Of a stretch of DNA of 64,000 nt, positions 50,275-63,190 are shown piece by piece. This DNA is from Haliotis rubra. Lineage: Eukaryota. The stretch lies in the NCBI RefSeq assembly GCF_003918875.1, contig NW_025766869.1, forward strand, positions 434,001 through 498,000. The letters run 5' to 3'. The notes beneath the pieces are model-generated. The model did not search any database, had not been told where the DNA came from, and worked only from the letters and a program-made list of their open reading frames with translations. The first letter of the stretch is position 1. Each line of letters begins with the position of its first letter. The translations under genes were made by a program, and so were the position numbers.

Positions 50275-53200
50275 TCACAAAAACACCTGTCTGGAGCCAT
50301 TGCTGGAAGACCGGAGCTGTCCGGAACCTCTCATTTAAAGGAGCATTGGTCTGAATCAAAGAATACAGGAGTGAGCTGACGTTGGTTATTTCAAATTGCA
50401 CACAGTGAGTCAACTTGATGTTGCAGAAATCCAATGTTCAAGTTCAACAGGTCACTGACATTTACCACTTTCTCAAAAACTCACCAACTTAGATATTGTG
50501 TTAAACATGGATAAAGGATCATGGTCAGATCACATGAATAACTTTAACCATACATGGCAGCTTGGTTTGTATACTCCCCAGGGGGTTGAGAATGACAAAA
50601 GAGTAATTACACAGTTGCACCATGAGATTCTGCTTCATGAACATTTACTTCATGAACAGCCTGCGAAGATCCGGGTTGGAATTGGTCTTCATCAACCCAT
50701 GCTTGTTGTACTGCTTGGGTAAGGACAAGCACGATAGCCTGTTCAAGAAGTTTGGACTTACGTACTCTTCGCCTTAATTCTGAGCTAGTTCCTTTGTATA
50801 ACACCTGTGAAGATCAGGGTTAGAATCAACCTTCAGTAACCCTTTCTTGTCCTAAGGGGCGACTAACATGATCGGGTGGTCAGACTCGCTGACTTGGTTG
50901 ACACATGTCATTGCATTCCAATTGCGTAGATCGATGCTCATGCTGTTGATCACAGAATTGTCTGGTCCAGACTCGATTATTTACAGACCGCCACCATATA
51001 GCTGGAATATTGCTGAGTGTGGCGTTAAACAACAAACCAAAACACTTCATGGACAGAATCAAAGAACATATCAACATAACAGTAAATAAACTAAGGGATG
51101 TAACTCCACATGCACATGAGATGGAGGCAAACTTGGATGAAGCATCAAATGGCTTAAAATTGGAATTTCAACAAGCACTATCAATGTCCGTTGTCGGGTG
51201 CCGCAGGAGATCTAGCACTGACCATCCACTCTCCAGGCAGAAACTCTAACAGTGAGTGTGTGTGAGTTTAGTTTTACGCCCACTTTCAGCAATATTCTGG
51301 TAATATCACGGTGGGGACACCAGAAATGGGCTTCACACATTGTACCAATGTGGGGAATCAAACCCGGGTCTTCGGCGTGACGAGCGAACGCTTTAACCAC
51401 TAGGCTCCACCACCGCCCTAGACACTCTAAGAATAGCTAATAAAACACTGCATCAACAAACAACTTACCCCTGACTGTGCGAAGAGCCTTTTGTTGTAGT
51501 TATACTTCTTGGACTGTAAAGACAAAAGCAATAGTCAGTTACCATGGTAACTAGGAATGACAAATCTTTATGGATGATCAACTTCTTTATTGTACAATAC
51601 TTGATTATCAATAAAGACTTGTCATTCCCATTGCTGACAACTTCTAGAATGCCTCTCGAACAGACCATGGTTACTGTTGACACCATTTCTATTATTATTT
51701 AGTACAGCTTGTTCAGCTTGACCTGAGCTACTCTAGCTGAACAAGCTGTAGGACTGCAACAAATACACTATGTGGCGAATATGATATGTATCATGAATAT
51801 TGGGTAACGAATATGAATAATTATTCACGAATACAATATTGTAGTTAAGTGACTGATGTACAATATGGAATATTATTTAGGTTAACTAATAAAATCAAAG
51901 GACTCATATCTGTATGTCCAGAATTTTTAGGTATTAATTAGTCAGAAGCTGGAGGGAGAGTGGACAGGAGACCATTAAATATCTCACATCTTTAGAAAAT
52001 GCCTTTCAGGCACATACATTGTGACACACCTGGCTTACCGATTCTTGTTGTGGAGGAGACTCATAGCTGAAAGGCAATGTGAGACTGGTTAGTGAGAGGC
52101 AAAATAGTCAACGATTCTGCAGAAATATCTCAGAACTGGCCACACAAACGAACAAACATGCCCTGAGTCTTTCTCACAAGAGTAATAAGTTGTGGGTTTT
52201 CTGGTAAGTTATCACAGTTCTCAGCAGTATTCCAGGTACACATGGTCTCAAGTCTGGACCAGGCAAGCCAGTGACTACAGGGTTCATACAGCCAATTAGA
52301 TTCAAGGGCTTTTCAAAGAATTTTCATGGACATATGATGTGTTTTTCGCGCTGCACTTTCTTCCCAAAGTATCTTGAGACAAGTTTCACTTTTAGTTTCG
52401 ACATTGTCGCTTCCAGCATTAACAACAATCTATCAGAACGCAGTGCGAATGCCCTATTCACAGAAAGAGCCCTTTTTCTTATTTTATGATTCAAGGAACC
52501 AGGAAATAGACGCAATTTTATCAAAACAATTGATTGATCATCAGTGCAACCACAACAAATATGTTAATGAAATTTCAAGTACTTTTCAAGGACATGATAA
52601 AAAATCCAGCACTTTTTAAGTACTATCGTGGTAAATTTCTTTGAACATAGTTAAATTCAAGCACTTTTCAAATCTGTGCGAACCTTGGACCATAACATCA
52701 ACTAACACACATGAAACACAATGGCATGCTTTAAGCAGCTGCATGCTATTGGGGATAACTCTGAACTGAGTCAGACAAGTATCCTGATGGAAGTACACTT
52801 TAACCACCAGGCTATATGAAAGACCATGGGTTCAGAGCCTGGTTGATGACACTATCATAAAGCTCATGTCACCATTGTAAAATGATGGAAATAATCAAAT
52901 AAATGTTTCTGCAGTTTGCAGTGACAATTGTTCATTTGTTTCATAAATATTCATTTCGTGTAGGCTGACACATGTGACCGCTTCCATCAGACTTATTGTT
53001 GTCCAGTAATGATCGCTTACTGACCCACGGTCAAGCTTACCTTGGGTTTTGTACGGAGATCGTCAATATTCCATCGTTCTGTGATGAAGGAGCTTGAACA
53101 GGCCGACTGCGCCATCTGAAATAGATCAAACATGAATGCTTAGGGAAAAAATGAAATGCTTTAATTCTCATTCATGTACTAATATGTATGGTACATGTCA

Positions 53201-56200
53201 ATACTAAGTTATGCTTTTCAAATACTAGTAGCCCATATGGGTGGAGTTGTAGCTGTATCAAACCATTTCCTTATGTCATCGAGATACAAGTCATGTCCAC
53301 CAGCGTTCCAGGTGAGCTGTGTACTTGCATAAAATACGCACAATACATCACGATTATGCAAAACAATTCGAAGTTGCTAACATACCAATACAGGGCACTA
53401 TCTTTATAATGCCACACTGATAATAAACTGATGAACGTGAACAAACTGTTTTCATCCCGGATCCCCTTTCACAAAGCACTTAAGGTGTTCACAAGTCACT
53501 AAGGTGTTCACAAGTCACTGAGGTGTTCACAAGTCAATGAGGTGTTCACAAGTCACTAAGGTGTTCACAAGTCACTGAGGTGTTCACAAGTCACTGAGGT
53601 GTTCACAAGTCACAGGTGTTCACAAGTCACTAAGGTGTTCACAAGTCACTGAGGTGTTCACAAGTCACTGAGGTGTTCACAAGTCACTAAGGTGTTCACA
53701 AGTCACTAAGGTGTTTACAAGTCACTGAGGTAACCTTAGTGCAGTAAGTTAAAGAATGAGAGTTAAGGTTAACCTCAGTAAAGGTTGTTTCGTGAAAGGA
53801 GCTCCTGGAGACTTGCGGAAAGTTTAGTTGAAATGCAAATAACAAAACACACACAACTTAGAGGCCCTTGGAGTGCATTATGAATTTTACAAAAGACAAT
53901 AGTATGATGGGTACAACGATCAAGCAAATTACCCAATATAGCCTCTAAATTGTGCACCTGTAATTCTTTAAATACCTTTGCTTATTGATCCAAAGTAGCA
54001 ACACCTGTCTCAGTGATACGGGCGTAATACGGATAACAAATATGCACGCGCATACGGTAGGAAATAATTTAGAAAAGCGAGCACATACACACCACGGTCT
54101 TAGAATCATTTACAGGCGTATTTATCTGATAAAGTATTGTTTTATTGTTTATTGACCTGTTTACACAAGAGTAGAAATGCTGTGGTGCATATATGACATG
54201 AAACACAAGATTACTGATATTCAGTACTCTAAATGTACTCTTAAGGTTCTCGAGTACTCCTATATTGAAAAATAAGGAGTATGCGTTACTCTGATGTTGA
54301 AAATTATCTGGAGCCCTGGCCACTACTTACTGCCTCTTCTTCTGCTTGACAGTGCCACTTGACACAGAGGAGTTGAGAGATAAGGTGCTGCTGTAGTTGC
54401 TGCCAAGACGACGTAGTTTGCCACGTCCTCGACCTCCCCCTCGACTCACGTTCTGATAAGCAAACCCATATGATGCGACATCGACCTGATTCTGTACTTC
54501 TGGTTACCTCCCCTTGCATTGTAGTTTTGTCGATTGAGACCTGACCCGATCCACCCGCCCCTCCCACGGCCCGCGGCCTCGTTAGTGTTTTGATATTGCT
54601 GCTGCTGCTGTGATGATGTCTGAAAGAGAAAACAGCAAGCGAAAGTTGAGAATACTGACAAACATTGTCATCACATCTCAAATATATATATTTGACATCC
54701 AGTAATCTGCCATTAATAATGGACTGCCTTTGCAGAGACATAACAATTGATTTATTGGATATAAATCAGAAACTGCAAACATACAATCAAAAACATAGTG
54801 CCTCCACTTGGATCGCAAGGCCATATCTTCTGTTAGGGATAAATAGACATGATTCTATTGAAATATGCATAGACATGGTATAGATGACATTTGTGTATCA
54901 TAGCAAGGTAAAAGTATCCTTATGAAAAGTGGACTAGTATACATTCAACTAAAGGCCTCTGATCTTAAGCGATTAAAGACTCCGGCCCCTTGTTGAACAA
55001 ATCTTTATGCTTAAGGTGATTGTAACTTCCAGGGATGAGAATGGGTAGGAGTGAGAAAAGAGAAAAATGAGCCGGGGTCAGTCTAGGTGGCTGCAGATCC
55101 CCACGCCAGATCCAATGACCCCAGCATGATCAAATCTGAGAAATTCCTCAGAGAATTCTCATCCCTGAACTTCCATATGTTAACTGGGGCATACAGTATT
55201 CAGGGCTCCAGATAATTGTTCATGATCAGGAGTACGTACTCCTTGTTTTTTCAGTATAGGAGTACTTGAAAACAATAAGAGTACATTTAGAGTACCGAAT
55301 GGAATTTAATGGAGCATCAGTAATCTTGTGTTTCGTTTCATATATGCACCACAAGATTGCTCTCTTGTGTAAACAGATCAATAAACAATACTTTATCAGA
55401 TAAATACATTCTAAGACCGTACACCATTGCTGTGGTGCGTATCTGATTCACGCTTCTCACGTTTATTATTTCCTACCCATACTTATTTTATATATATATA
55501 TCGCCTCTTTATCTGGAGCCCTGAGTAGTCATGGCCCTTAGCTTGGTTTGTACAATGATCCCTGGGGTACTATGTTTAAGTTTTTAAACATGTCCTAGAC
55601 TCATATATTCTAACTGAGATCGTTCCAATCGAAGGCTTTCACTACTTCTCCCCAAAAATAGATAGAGATATTGCTGAACAAGACAAGAGAGAGAGTGAGC
55701 CTAATGTTTGTTGTTTAATGCTGCACTCAGTAACATTCTAGCTATATGATGGTCTATTTATTCAAGGCACACTATCCCCACAGTCCAGGCCTGCCAAAGA
55801 AAACTTTGCCACTGTGCAGAAAAACGCAGAAAAGCCCACATTAATCGTGGAAATAGCAACATAGACATAATACCTCGCTACTGAAACAGTAAAAACGGCA
55901 ACGAAAGACTATGAAACTGCAACATTCTTTATCAGCGAGCTTTGACCTCTACTGTGCATGCACACTACGATCAAGCTTCTTTCCAATTCTCCAAGCAACC
56001 GTGGAATTAACACATTGTTGTGCCCATGTGTAGAAAGTATTAAATATGTCAAATAATTGCTGTGAATCATTTCATACTTGAATGGATAGTAAATTAAACA
56101 AGTGTGCACACAAGTATCATGGATGATAAATGCCAAATAAACAACAATAGAAATACTTTAAAAGGGAATGTAACTTTTGTCCAAGCTGGAAAATGTCACA

Positions 56201-59200
56201 ATGCGGTCAAGACTTCCTCTTCCATGTGCGCATGCGCAAAATCCAAGTTGCAGGCTCTTCGTCTTTTTTATGCAGTTTTAGCGATTTATAGTTGCCGCTT
56301 TTACTGTTTCAGTAGCGAGGTATTATGTTTATGTTGCTATTTCCATGATTAATGTGGGCTTTTCTGCATTTTTCTGCACAGTGGTCAAAGTTTTCTTTGG
56401 TAGGCCTGCAGTCACCTAGTCTGATTCTTACCTGGGCACAAGCCCATTTCAAAGTCACTTGCTGGAATACTGCTAATGGCTGCTCAGCAGACAGTCCAGT
56501 CCAGCATCCCAGAAGTGATAAAAGTGTAAAGTGCACACAAGGATCTTCATGAACATCTGACAAGACGAGAAGCTATTTGTCGACTGTGGTATTACCTGAA
56601 GCCCTCGGCGCTGGTTGACGTGATTCTGTCTGCCAGCTGCCTGTGCGCGTCTATTCGAGCAAGCTGGTTCTTTGCTTTCTTCAGGGCTAAGACGGCCTTC
56701 AGCCTCTGCTGCTTGTAAGACTGTTGTTGCTGCTGCCGACCTTGACCTTGGTTGAACTTGCCACCTCTAGTTGACTTAGGATTTGTAGAATTCTTCAAAC
56801 TTTGCTCCTGAAAGCCAATGACATCTTAGATATGATCAAGGCCAACATCAAGACTATGTAATAGAGGGTTAAGGTGAACATCTTGTCTGCTATAGTATAA
56901 CATGGACTTAGGGACCCGCTCATAATCCATGGCTAGGGAGATGATGATGATGATGATGATGATTTTATGGAGAAGCATGTACAATGTGAATGACCCCACC
57001 TAATATCTATGTACAAAATAAGTGATACTTCCACCACCACATGCCATCTATGATCTACATAATCAATGACACCCCCCTCTTGTCCATGTGTACAAAATTG
57101 AATACAACCCCACTCCCACCCCACACCCCAGAAACAAATTGGTGACCCCCCTTACAATCAACATCTTAACATTTAAATACCACAAAACCACACTCAGAAA
57201 TATTCCAGCACACAATAAATGGCAACAGGGCAAACAATCAGTAGTGGACCAGGCAGCTATCCACACTTCTGGGGTACAATTACATACAAACAGCCAGAAA
57301 ACTGAGGTGGGCCATCCCATCAATCTACCACCTCATACAAAGTGCTTGTGATGCAATCAGTAGTACCTGTGTTCTATTGAGGGGACTAATTCCAGACAGC
57401 CTCCGCAGTCGCCCCCGTCCACCACGTCCTCTCATTCCTCCTCTCTGTAGGTTGGTGCGGAACTGTTTTACCTTGCTCACTCCTGCCCCTCCTCCTCCCC
57501 GTCCTCGGCTGGACCCCCGATTCAGGCCGCCACGACCTCTACCACCACGATTCTGCTTCTTGTTCAGCTTAATGATGTCATCTGGGGCAGAGAAACAACC
57601 ATTCCATGTCATGTTTCTACTCTAAACGTCCTTTCCCATAAAAATAGAAAAATACTGCCAGTGTACTGTAGTTCGTATGAAATTGAGACGGTTTAAAATC
57701 CTCATTGTCTTTATATCCATGTCCATGATTCCAGACATGTCAGGGGTTCAAAAATCCCATCGCCCAATACAAGTCAGCTTTCATTTTGGGCAATCAAATA
57801 ATGGTACCTTACTAGTCTGAGGGTTACTAGACAATTTCCACTTATGGTTTCAAACTGCAAATAAACTTGGATTTAATTTCATATCTGCTCAAAATGTAGC
57901 TATTAAATTTTGCAAGGATAATAAAGTAGAGTTATCTTTCTTTGCTATTTATCACTTTTCAATAAATAGTCCAGTAAACATTAACATCAAATACCATGTT
58001 GATTTATTATTTAATAATTACATCATCATAATTATGTCATAAAACAGGACAAGTGGAAAATTAGTCAACACAAGTTACTAGTACTTTCTTAAAGTCACTT
58101 TGCCATGTGGCAGTACATTTTTTATTAAAAAATTGAACTGATCTACTGCATGTCTCGATTTAACATGGAATTCATCTAAGCATACATTTGAGTATGTTAT
58201 AATGCTGGAGTGACTGATCTACTAAGCAGGACTAACTTCAATCGACCACCACAGCTTCCACAAAAATGGAAGTCGGACAACTGGTTGTCTGGACCACGGG
58301 CTGTGTGTTCCCTGCTGATAAGTGTAAATTGGCACGGGTCCCACAGCCGATAGGTATGAAAACACATTGTAATGCCATTTACAAAGTGGTCAAATTTAAC
58401 AAATGTTAGATTTAGGATTACACTTTCTCAACAAAGTACTGATTACCATGATCAAAAATTGCGATGATTGCTTAATGGTACTTGGAAATGGAAGTATACA
58501 TGTGTTATATCCATGCATTGTGGCTCGGATCACTGGTTGGATGTCTTGGTAAACACATGATACTGTTTGATTTTATATTACTTCACAGCATATCTAACAA
58601 AATTCAATCTACATGATGCTAACAAGGAATGATGACATGTTGTCAACCAAGTCAAGGAATCTGTCCATCCAGTCCATTGTGTCACCTCTGTCAGCATAGC
58701 TTGTCCATAGTGAGTGAGTTTAGTTTTACGTCTCTTTTAGCAATATTCCAGCAATATCACGGTGGGGGACACCAGAAATGGGCTTCACACATTGTACCCA
58801 CGTGGAATCGAACCCAAGTCTTCAGCGTGACGAGCAAAGCGCTTTAACCATGTTAACCACAAGTCTACCCCACCACCCCAGAGTGTCCAGAATGTATAGA
58901 ACAGACACATAGCAATTCTTATTGTACCACATACACCATAACAGTGACCTGAGAAGTAAGAGGGAATTGACAAATGAGGGTGCTTATTACAATGACAGCT
59001 AAGCTAATATATTGTCAGAGATCATGTCTAGTAACCTAGTCTAACATGTTTGAATGTTCATGCAACTATTACAGTTTGAATAGTAGTCATCTGGCAAAAT
59101 ACCCAATTGAGTTTGAGTGAGGTGGGTACAATTTATTTGGTTACTCAAATGAAAATTAGGATACCCAAATGAGATGAACACAAGCGAAAGTACATAACTC

Positions 59201-60684
59201 AATGACCCAAAATAATCAACAAAATATGCCCCATGTTAATTTCTCAATAATGCATGGTGCTTATAAAGATTAAATACATACTTGCTGGTTTGCCCAGAAT
59301 TTGAGGCTTGTATTGATGCATGGCAATAATACAGCAAATATTATATCAAGGAAATATCTACGATTCCAAACGATGTATTCTTCACAGGCAAACTCTTTAT
59401 TCAAAATCAAATTTTATACATTTGGTATATTCTCAAATAGGATGCATTTTATGCGCTATATCGGGGGAGCATGCGTGCGATCGGAGTGCACAAGCAGTTT
59501 CGGATACCCAGTCGCTGCCATGAGAAGTTTTATTGACAATGGAAATCGGGAAGTAAAGTTATATAAAAAGCAAACAAACATCAATATCATTTACCCGAGA
59601 TTATTAATAACACTTCAGATGAAAAATCGAAAACCCATACAAAATCCCTGGATGTGGCAAGCAGCAACAGTTTAGCCCGATATGATGTCATCAAGCGCTA
59701 TTTTTGTAGGAAACACTTGATATTTTTGTGTGAAATAGGTGAACATATCCTTTATCACTCAAGGTTAGTAAAACATAAACTTTAAACATGGTAAATGATA
59801 TTGCAGATATAAATGTCGAAAACTCCTGACACCGGGATATGTCATCATTATATGTCATCATAACAATAGCAATTGGTGTAAATGGAACTCCTAAACATGG
59901 CACTCTAAGGATCAACTGTTGCAACTCATAATTCACAGAAAACATAATGAATTTTGTGTACTTTCTAGTGCCATTTTTGTATACAGCTTGCCCTGGTTTC
60001 TTCGTGTCAGCCCAATGTGCCCTGGGTTCACTATTGACACAACCTGTTCCACCCGACTAAGTGTTTGTTCAGCGGGTGTGGCCCTATTCATATGGCAACA
60101 GCTATGCCTGAATGATGGTGAGGTGTATTCGTGTATAACGATCTCCACCTATTGATCGCAGCAACATGTGTTTGGAGAGTGAGCATGCATTTGGTGACGT
60201 TGTCGAAAACACGAGCTCTCCTGTGATATCCCTATGATTAGTAATACCATTACACACAAAAGAGAATTCTTGATTTCGGGCTATTCTGTTGAAAATTACT
60301 ATCATATTCCTATGAAACTGTCCAAATATCACATGATGTCTTACGAAACGGATTAGTTTGACGAGAATCCCTCAAAATATCACCTCAGTTGCAATCATGG
60401 ATGAGCATGTTCAAAATGTACATGGCTACACATAAACAGTTTATTTTTGGAAGTAACACTACTGTATAAGGTAGTCAATAACATAATAGGACGAAAACAA
60501 TGTCAAACTTTGACGCCAAACGAGGTTGATTTGTTCACTTGGCCAAGTAGCGAATATGAGAATATTTCAGACACCAGCGGAAGTAAGAACTGTTGCATTT
60601 CAAATTAGCGTATTATATTAACAACGCATCATTTCAGATTTCATACATACCAAGTGACATGTCCACTTTGTTTATCGTAGACAT
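50275..60684 (-). CDS. FYTTD1: UAP56-interacting factor / forty-two-three domain protein 1-like (~324 aa after correcting three 1-nt indels)
   Basis: Exons 60684-60651 (MSTINKVDMSL), 57581-57367 (DDIIKLNKK..RGG-rich), 56807-56596, 54619-54331, 53115-53041 (QWRSRP..DGILTISVQNP), 52066-52039 (YESPPQQES), 51513-51469 (SKKYNYNKRLFAQSG), 50350-50275 (TNAPLNERFGQLR..GSRQVFL*). The N-terminal UAP56-binding motif DMSLDDII, the WR..GILTxSxxNP and LNERF motifs, and the absence of an RRM fit FYTTD1/UIF rather than ALYREF. Confidence 0.8.
53458..53807. repeat. Small MITE-like element with an internal 19-bp minisatellite (~13 copies); related short copies at ~20643-20725, 49157-49246, 54984-55565
   Basis: Unit aggtgttcacaagtcact(a/g); ends ccctttcacaaagc / gtttcgtgaaagg. 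Confidence 0.7.
55030..55167. mobile_element. 138-bp MITE, TIR CAGGGATGAGAAT, 6-bp TSD AACTTC
   Basis: Perfect TIRs and TSD. Confidence 0.85.
55201..55523 (+). mobile_element. MITE, TIR CAGGGCTCCAGATAA, imperfect 6-bp TSD; inverted partial copy at ~54050-54318
   Basis: TIRs at both ends; agtatt/agtagt flanks; internal identity with the reverse complement of 54050-54318. Confidence 0.85.
55786..56408. mobile_element. MITE with ~135-bp TIRs and 5-bp TSD (CAGTC), hAT-like
   Basis: caggcctgccaaagaaaacttt.. / ..aaagttttctttggtaggcctg, flanked by cagtc on both sides. Confidence 0.85.
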
Positions 60685-61629
60685 GTTTGGGTAATCCGCG
60701 ATATCAATTTCACTGCCAAACTTAGGAAAGTTTTATCAACGTCCGGCAGACGGCGCTCTTGGTGCTATATGGGGTACGACTAGTAACCATGCTAAGATTT
60801 TATAGCAACTCCTGTTGACGTGTTCATTATCTCAACGTCATAAAGGGACTGAAAGAAAGCATACATTCGTTCATGCATGAAGGACATTTCTCCTTATACA
60901 ATTACAACGGACACATACTTGATATGACGTTTCTCTGAAATGTCTGCGGGAAGAAAAAAAATGAAAACTACCAAAGATTAATCAGAATTAATATATTGTC
61001 GACAAAAAATCTAAAATTTGTGTGTAAATTTAGGGTTTACTCACAATTAAATTTCACCCCGTTTGGATGTACATGTATTTACATATATGCAAAATGACAT
61101 ATTGTTGTTCACATGTGTGTTATTGATTATAATTCATATCATAAGTCAGTGTATTACCCTTTGTATACTGTTGTAATTCCCCATGTATTTCCTATGAAAC
61201 AACGACAAGAGTTAGTTGTGCTTTAATGGGGAAATAGTATCGGTTTAACTGTTATTTAAAAATTAGATATGATAACATACAAATAAACAATATCATTATC
61301 ATAACAACTTTTCTAGAAGCATCATATTGTTGAAACAATTAAATACACCATTACAATAATTATTTGAAACCGTCTATTAACAGTACTGATACATTGCCGA
61401 AGGGCGAAGAAACAAGAGGTGACGTTGATAGAGACGATAGTTAACACGGATTAAAGGCGGATCAACACCTTTGATCATTGTTAACGTAAAACGATAAACG
61501 TCAAAAGAAGATACAGATGTTAATATCTGTAGGTACAAGGTTTGTGGCTGTGATTGACAGTGAGTTATGTCCAACGTCACTTTGAGCAGTATTTAGGTAT
61601 GTCAGGCCGTGTCAGCTTGAGGTAGGGTG

Positions 61630-61717
61630 CATCCTCGATAATCTCCAGGGTATACGTTACGATCACTCTCTATAGTGAGAGTGATCGTAACGTATACCCC
61701 GGAGATTATCTAGGATG
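61630..61717. repeat. Near-perfect 88-bp hairpin
   Basis: catcctcgataatctccagggtatacgttacgatcactctc-tatagt-gagagtgatcgtaacgtataccccggagattatctaggatg. Confidence 0.85.
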
Positions 61718-61838
61718 GGTGGGGTGAAGTGATGGATAGTTCTGGCGTTTACCACTTTTTCATATTGTGAGGCTGGAGTTGTTCGCTCGTTAGTTCTGGG
61801 TTCTTGTATTTTGTTTTGTTTTTTTGTTTTTTATGTTT

Positions 61839-61973
61839 NNNNNNNNNNNNNNNNNNNNNNNNNNNNNNNNNNNNNNNNNNNNNNNNNNNNNNNNNNNNNN
61901 NNNNNNNNNNNNNNNNNNNNNNNNNNNNNNNNNNNNNNNNNNNNNNNNNNNNNNNNNNNNNNNNNNNNNNNNN
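61839..61973. other. Assembly gap (a single N also lies at 43838)
   Basis: N run. Confidence 1.
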
Positions 61974-62799
61974 CGCTGCACGCGGCAATATTCCAGTCTG
62001 CAAAATGGCTCAGACAATCCCGTGATTGTCATCGGTTTATGGGTTGGGAAAATGATATATGATGATATGTGTCTTTTAAGGTAAGAAATGCAAAATGTAC
62101 GCAAGTTCAGTTTCAGAGTTTGTTTATTCTGAAGTCCAATAGACGTCTCTGTTCACGTTGTGTTACAAATGCCGCGTGGAAGATATTACTAAAGCAAATT
62201 ACTCATAGGATTTCTAAAACGAAATATGAATACATAGACATTGAGTTTATAGAAAATGCACGAAATTGGTGTGTTTTAAATGAAATATGTTACATTTCAC
62301 TTCTTGGTTTACATTTGTCATTTTCATTGTTCAAGCAATCGTCACGACTGCTGACATTATCCCATGCACAGTCATGGCGATTTTATGTGCGTTTACTGTA
62401 GTTATATTGTCACTTCACAGTCAACAGGTCAGGAAGGTCTTTGGAAATACCCCGACATTTTGCGTAAATGTCTGTAAGTATAGCAGAACAAATATTACAC
62501 AACCTTCGATATTCCTTCTCGCAATAAATGGGCTAAATTTATAAAGTTGTGATTCTTTTATTAACATACATCTCGGATAAAAATTCACCGAACTCATATA
62601 TACTGATATTCGACATTTTGATCAAATGTAACCTGGGTGATATAGTCATATTGGGTTTGTTTTGGTCTTTTAAAATTATGACTGAAATTTGGGGACTTTC
62701 GGAAATGTCAAACTATGACGTTACTGATATATACACATTGTGTTTTCAGTGCAGGGCTGGTAACCACAATATTTTAACTAAACTGAATTTGTGCAGGAC

Positions 62800-63190
62800 A
62801 CTTGGATCGCTGCCATGGACGAAGGCCCGGAGACAGAGAAGGTCAGGAACTTCAACGACTACGTCACGAGTACATATGGACTATGAGGCACGTTTCCGGT
62901 ACGGATCTGGACGCAGTATGGAAATATTGGCCCGCGGACTAACAACCACCTTGAGGGGTGGCACCTGAAGCTGAAAAACCTTATTGCCAAAGCCCACCCA
63001 AACATCTACCTCTTCATCTGCAACATCAAGAAAATCGAAGCCGTAGACAAAGCTAAACGTGCTCAGCTCGACTGTGGTGCCCTCCCAAGTCATGCAAGGG
63101 TGTTACAGAGAGCTCGATGCGAGACCTCCAGAGCGGCAGAAAACGCCTCTTCAGGACCTTGATACTGCTGGACATCTCATCAAGTTTGCA
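62800..63190 (+). mobile_element. Degenerate Mutator/MULE-type transposase fragment
   Basis: FNDYVTST..FPVRIWTQYGNIGPRTNNHLEGWHLKLKNLIAKAHPNIYLFI; RTNNxxEGWH is the MULE C-terminal catalytic-Glu motif. Frameshift near 62893. Confidence 0.8.

Noticed and set aside
54304-54741. 145-aa ORF (HHHSSSS..) as the true exon 4 frame
   Set aside because: It puts exon 5 out of the frame that contains the conserved WR..GILTISVQNP motif.
57367-60684. ALYREF/THOC4 assignment from DMSLDDII plus RGG
   Set aside because: No RRM-coding exon was found; downstream motifs match FYTTD1/UIF.
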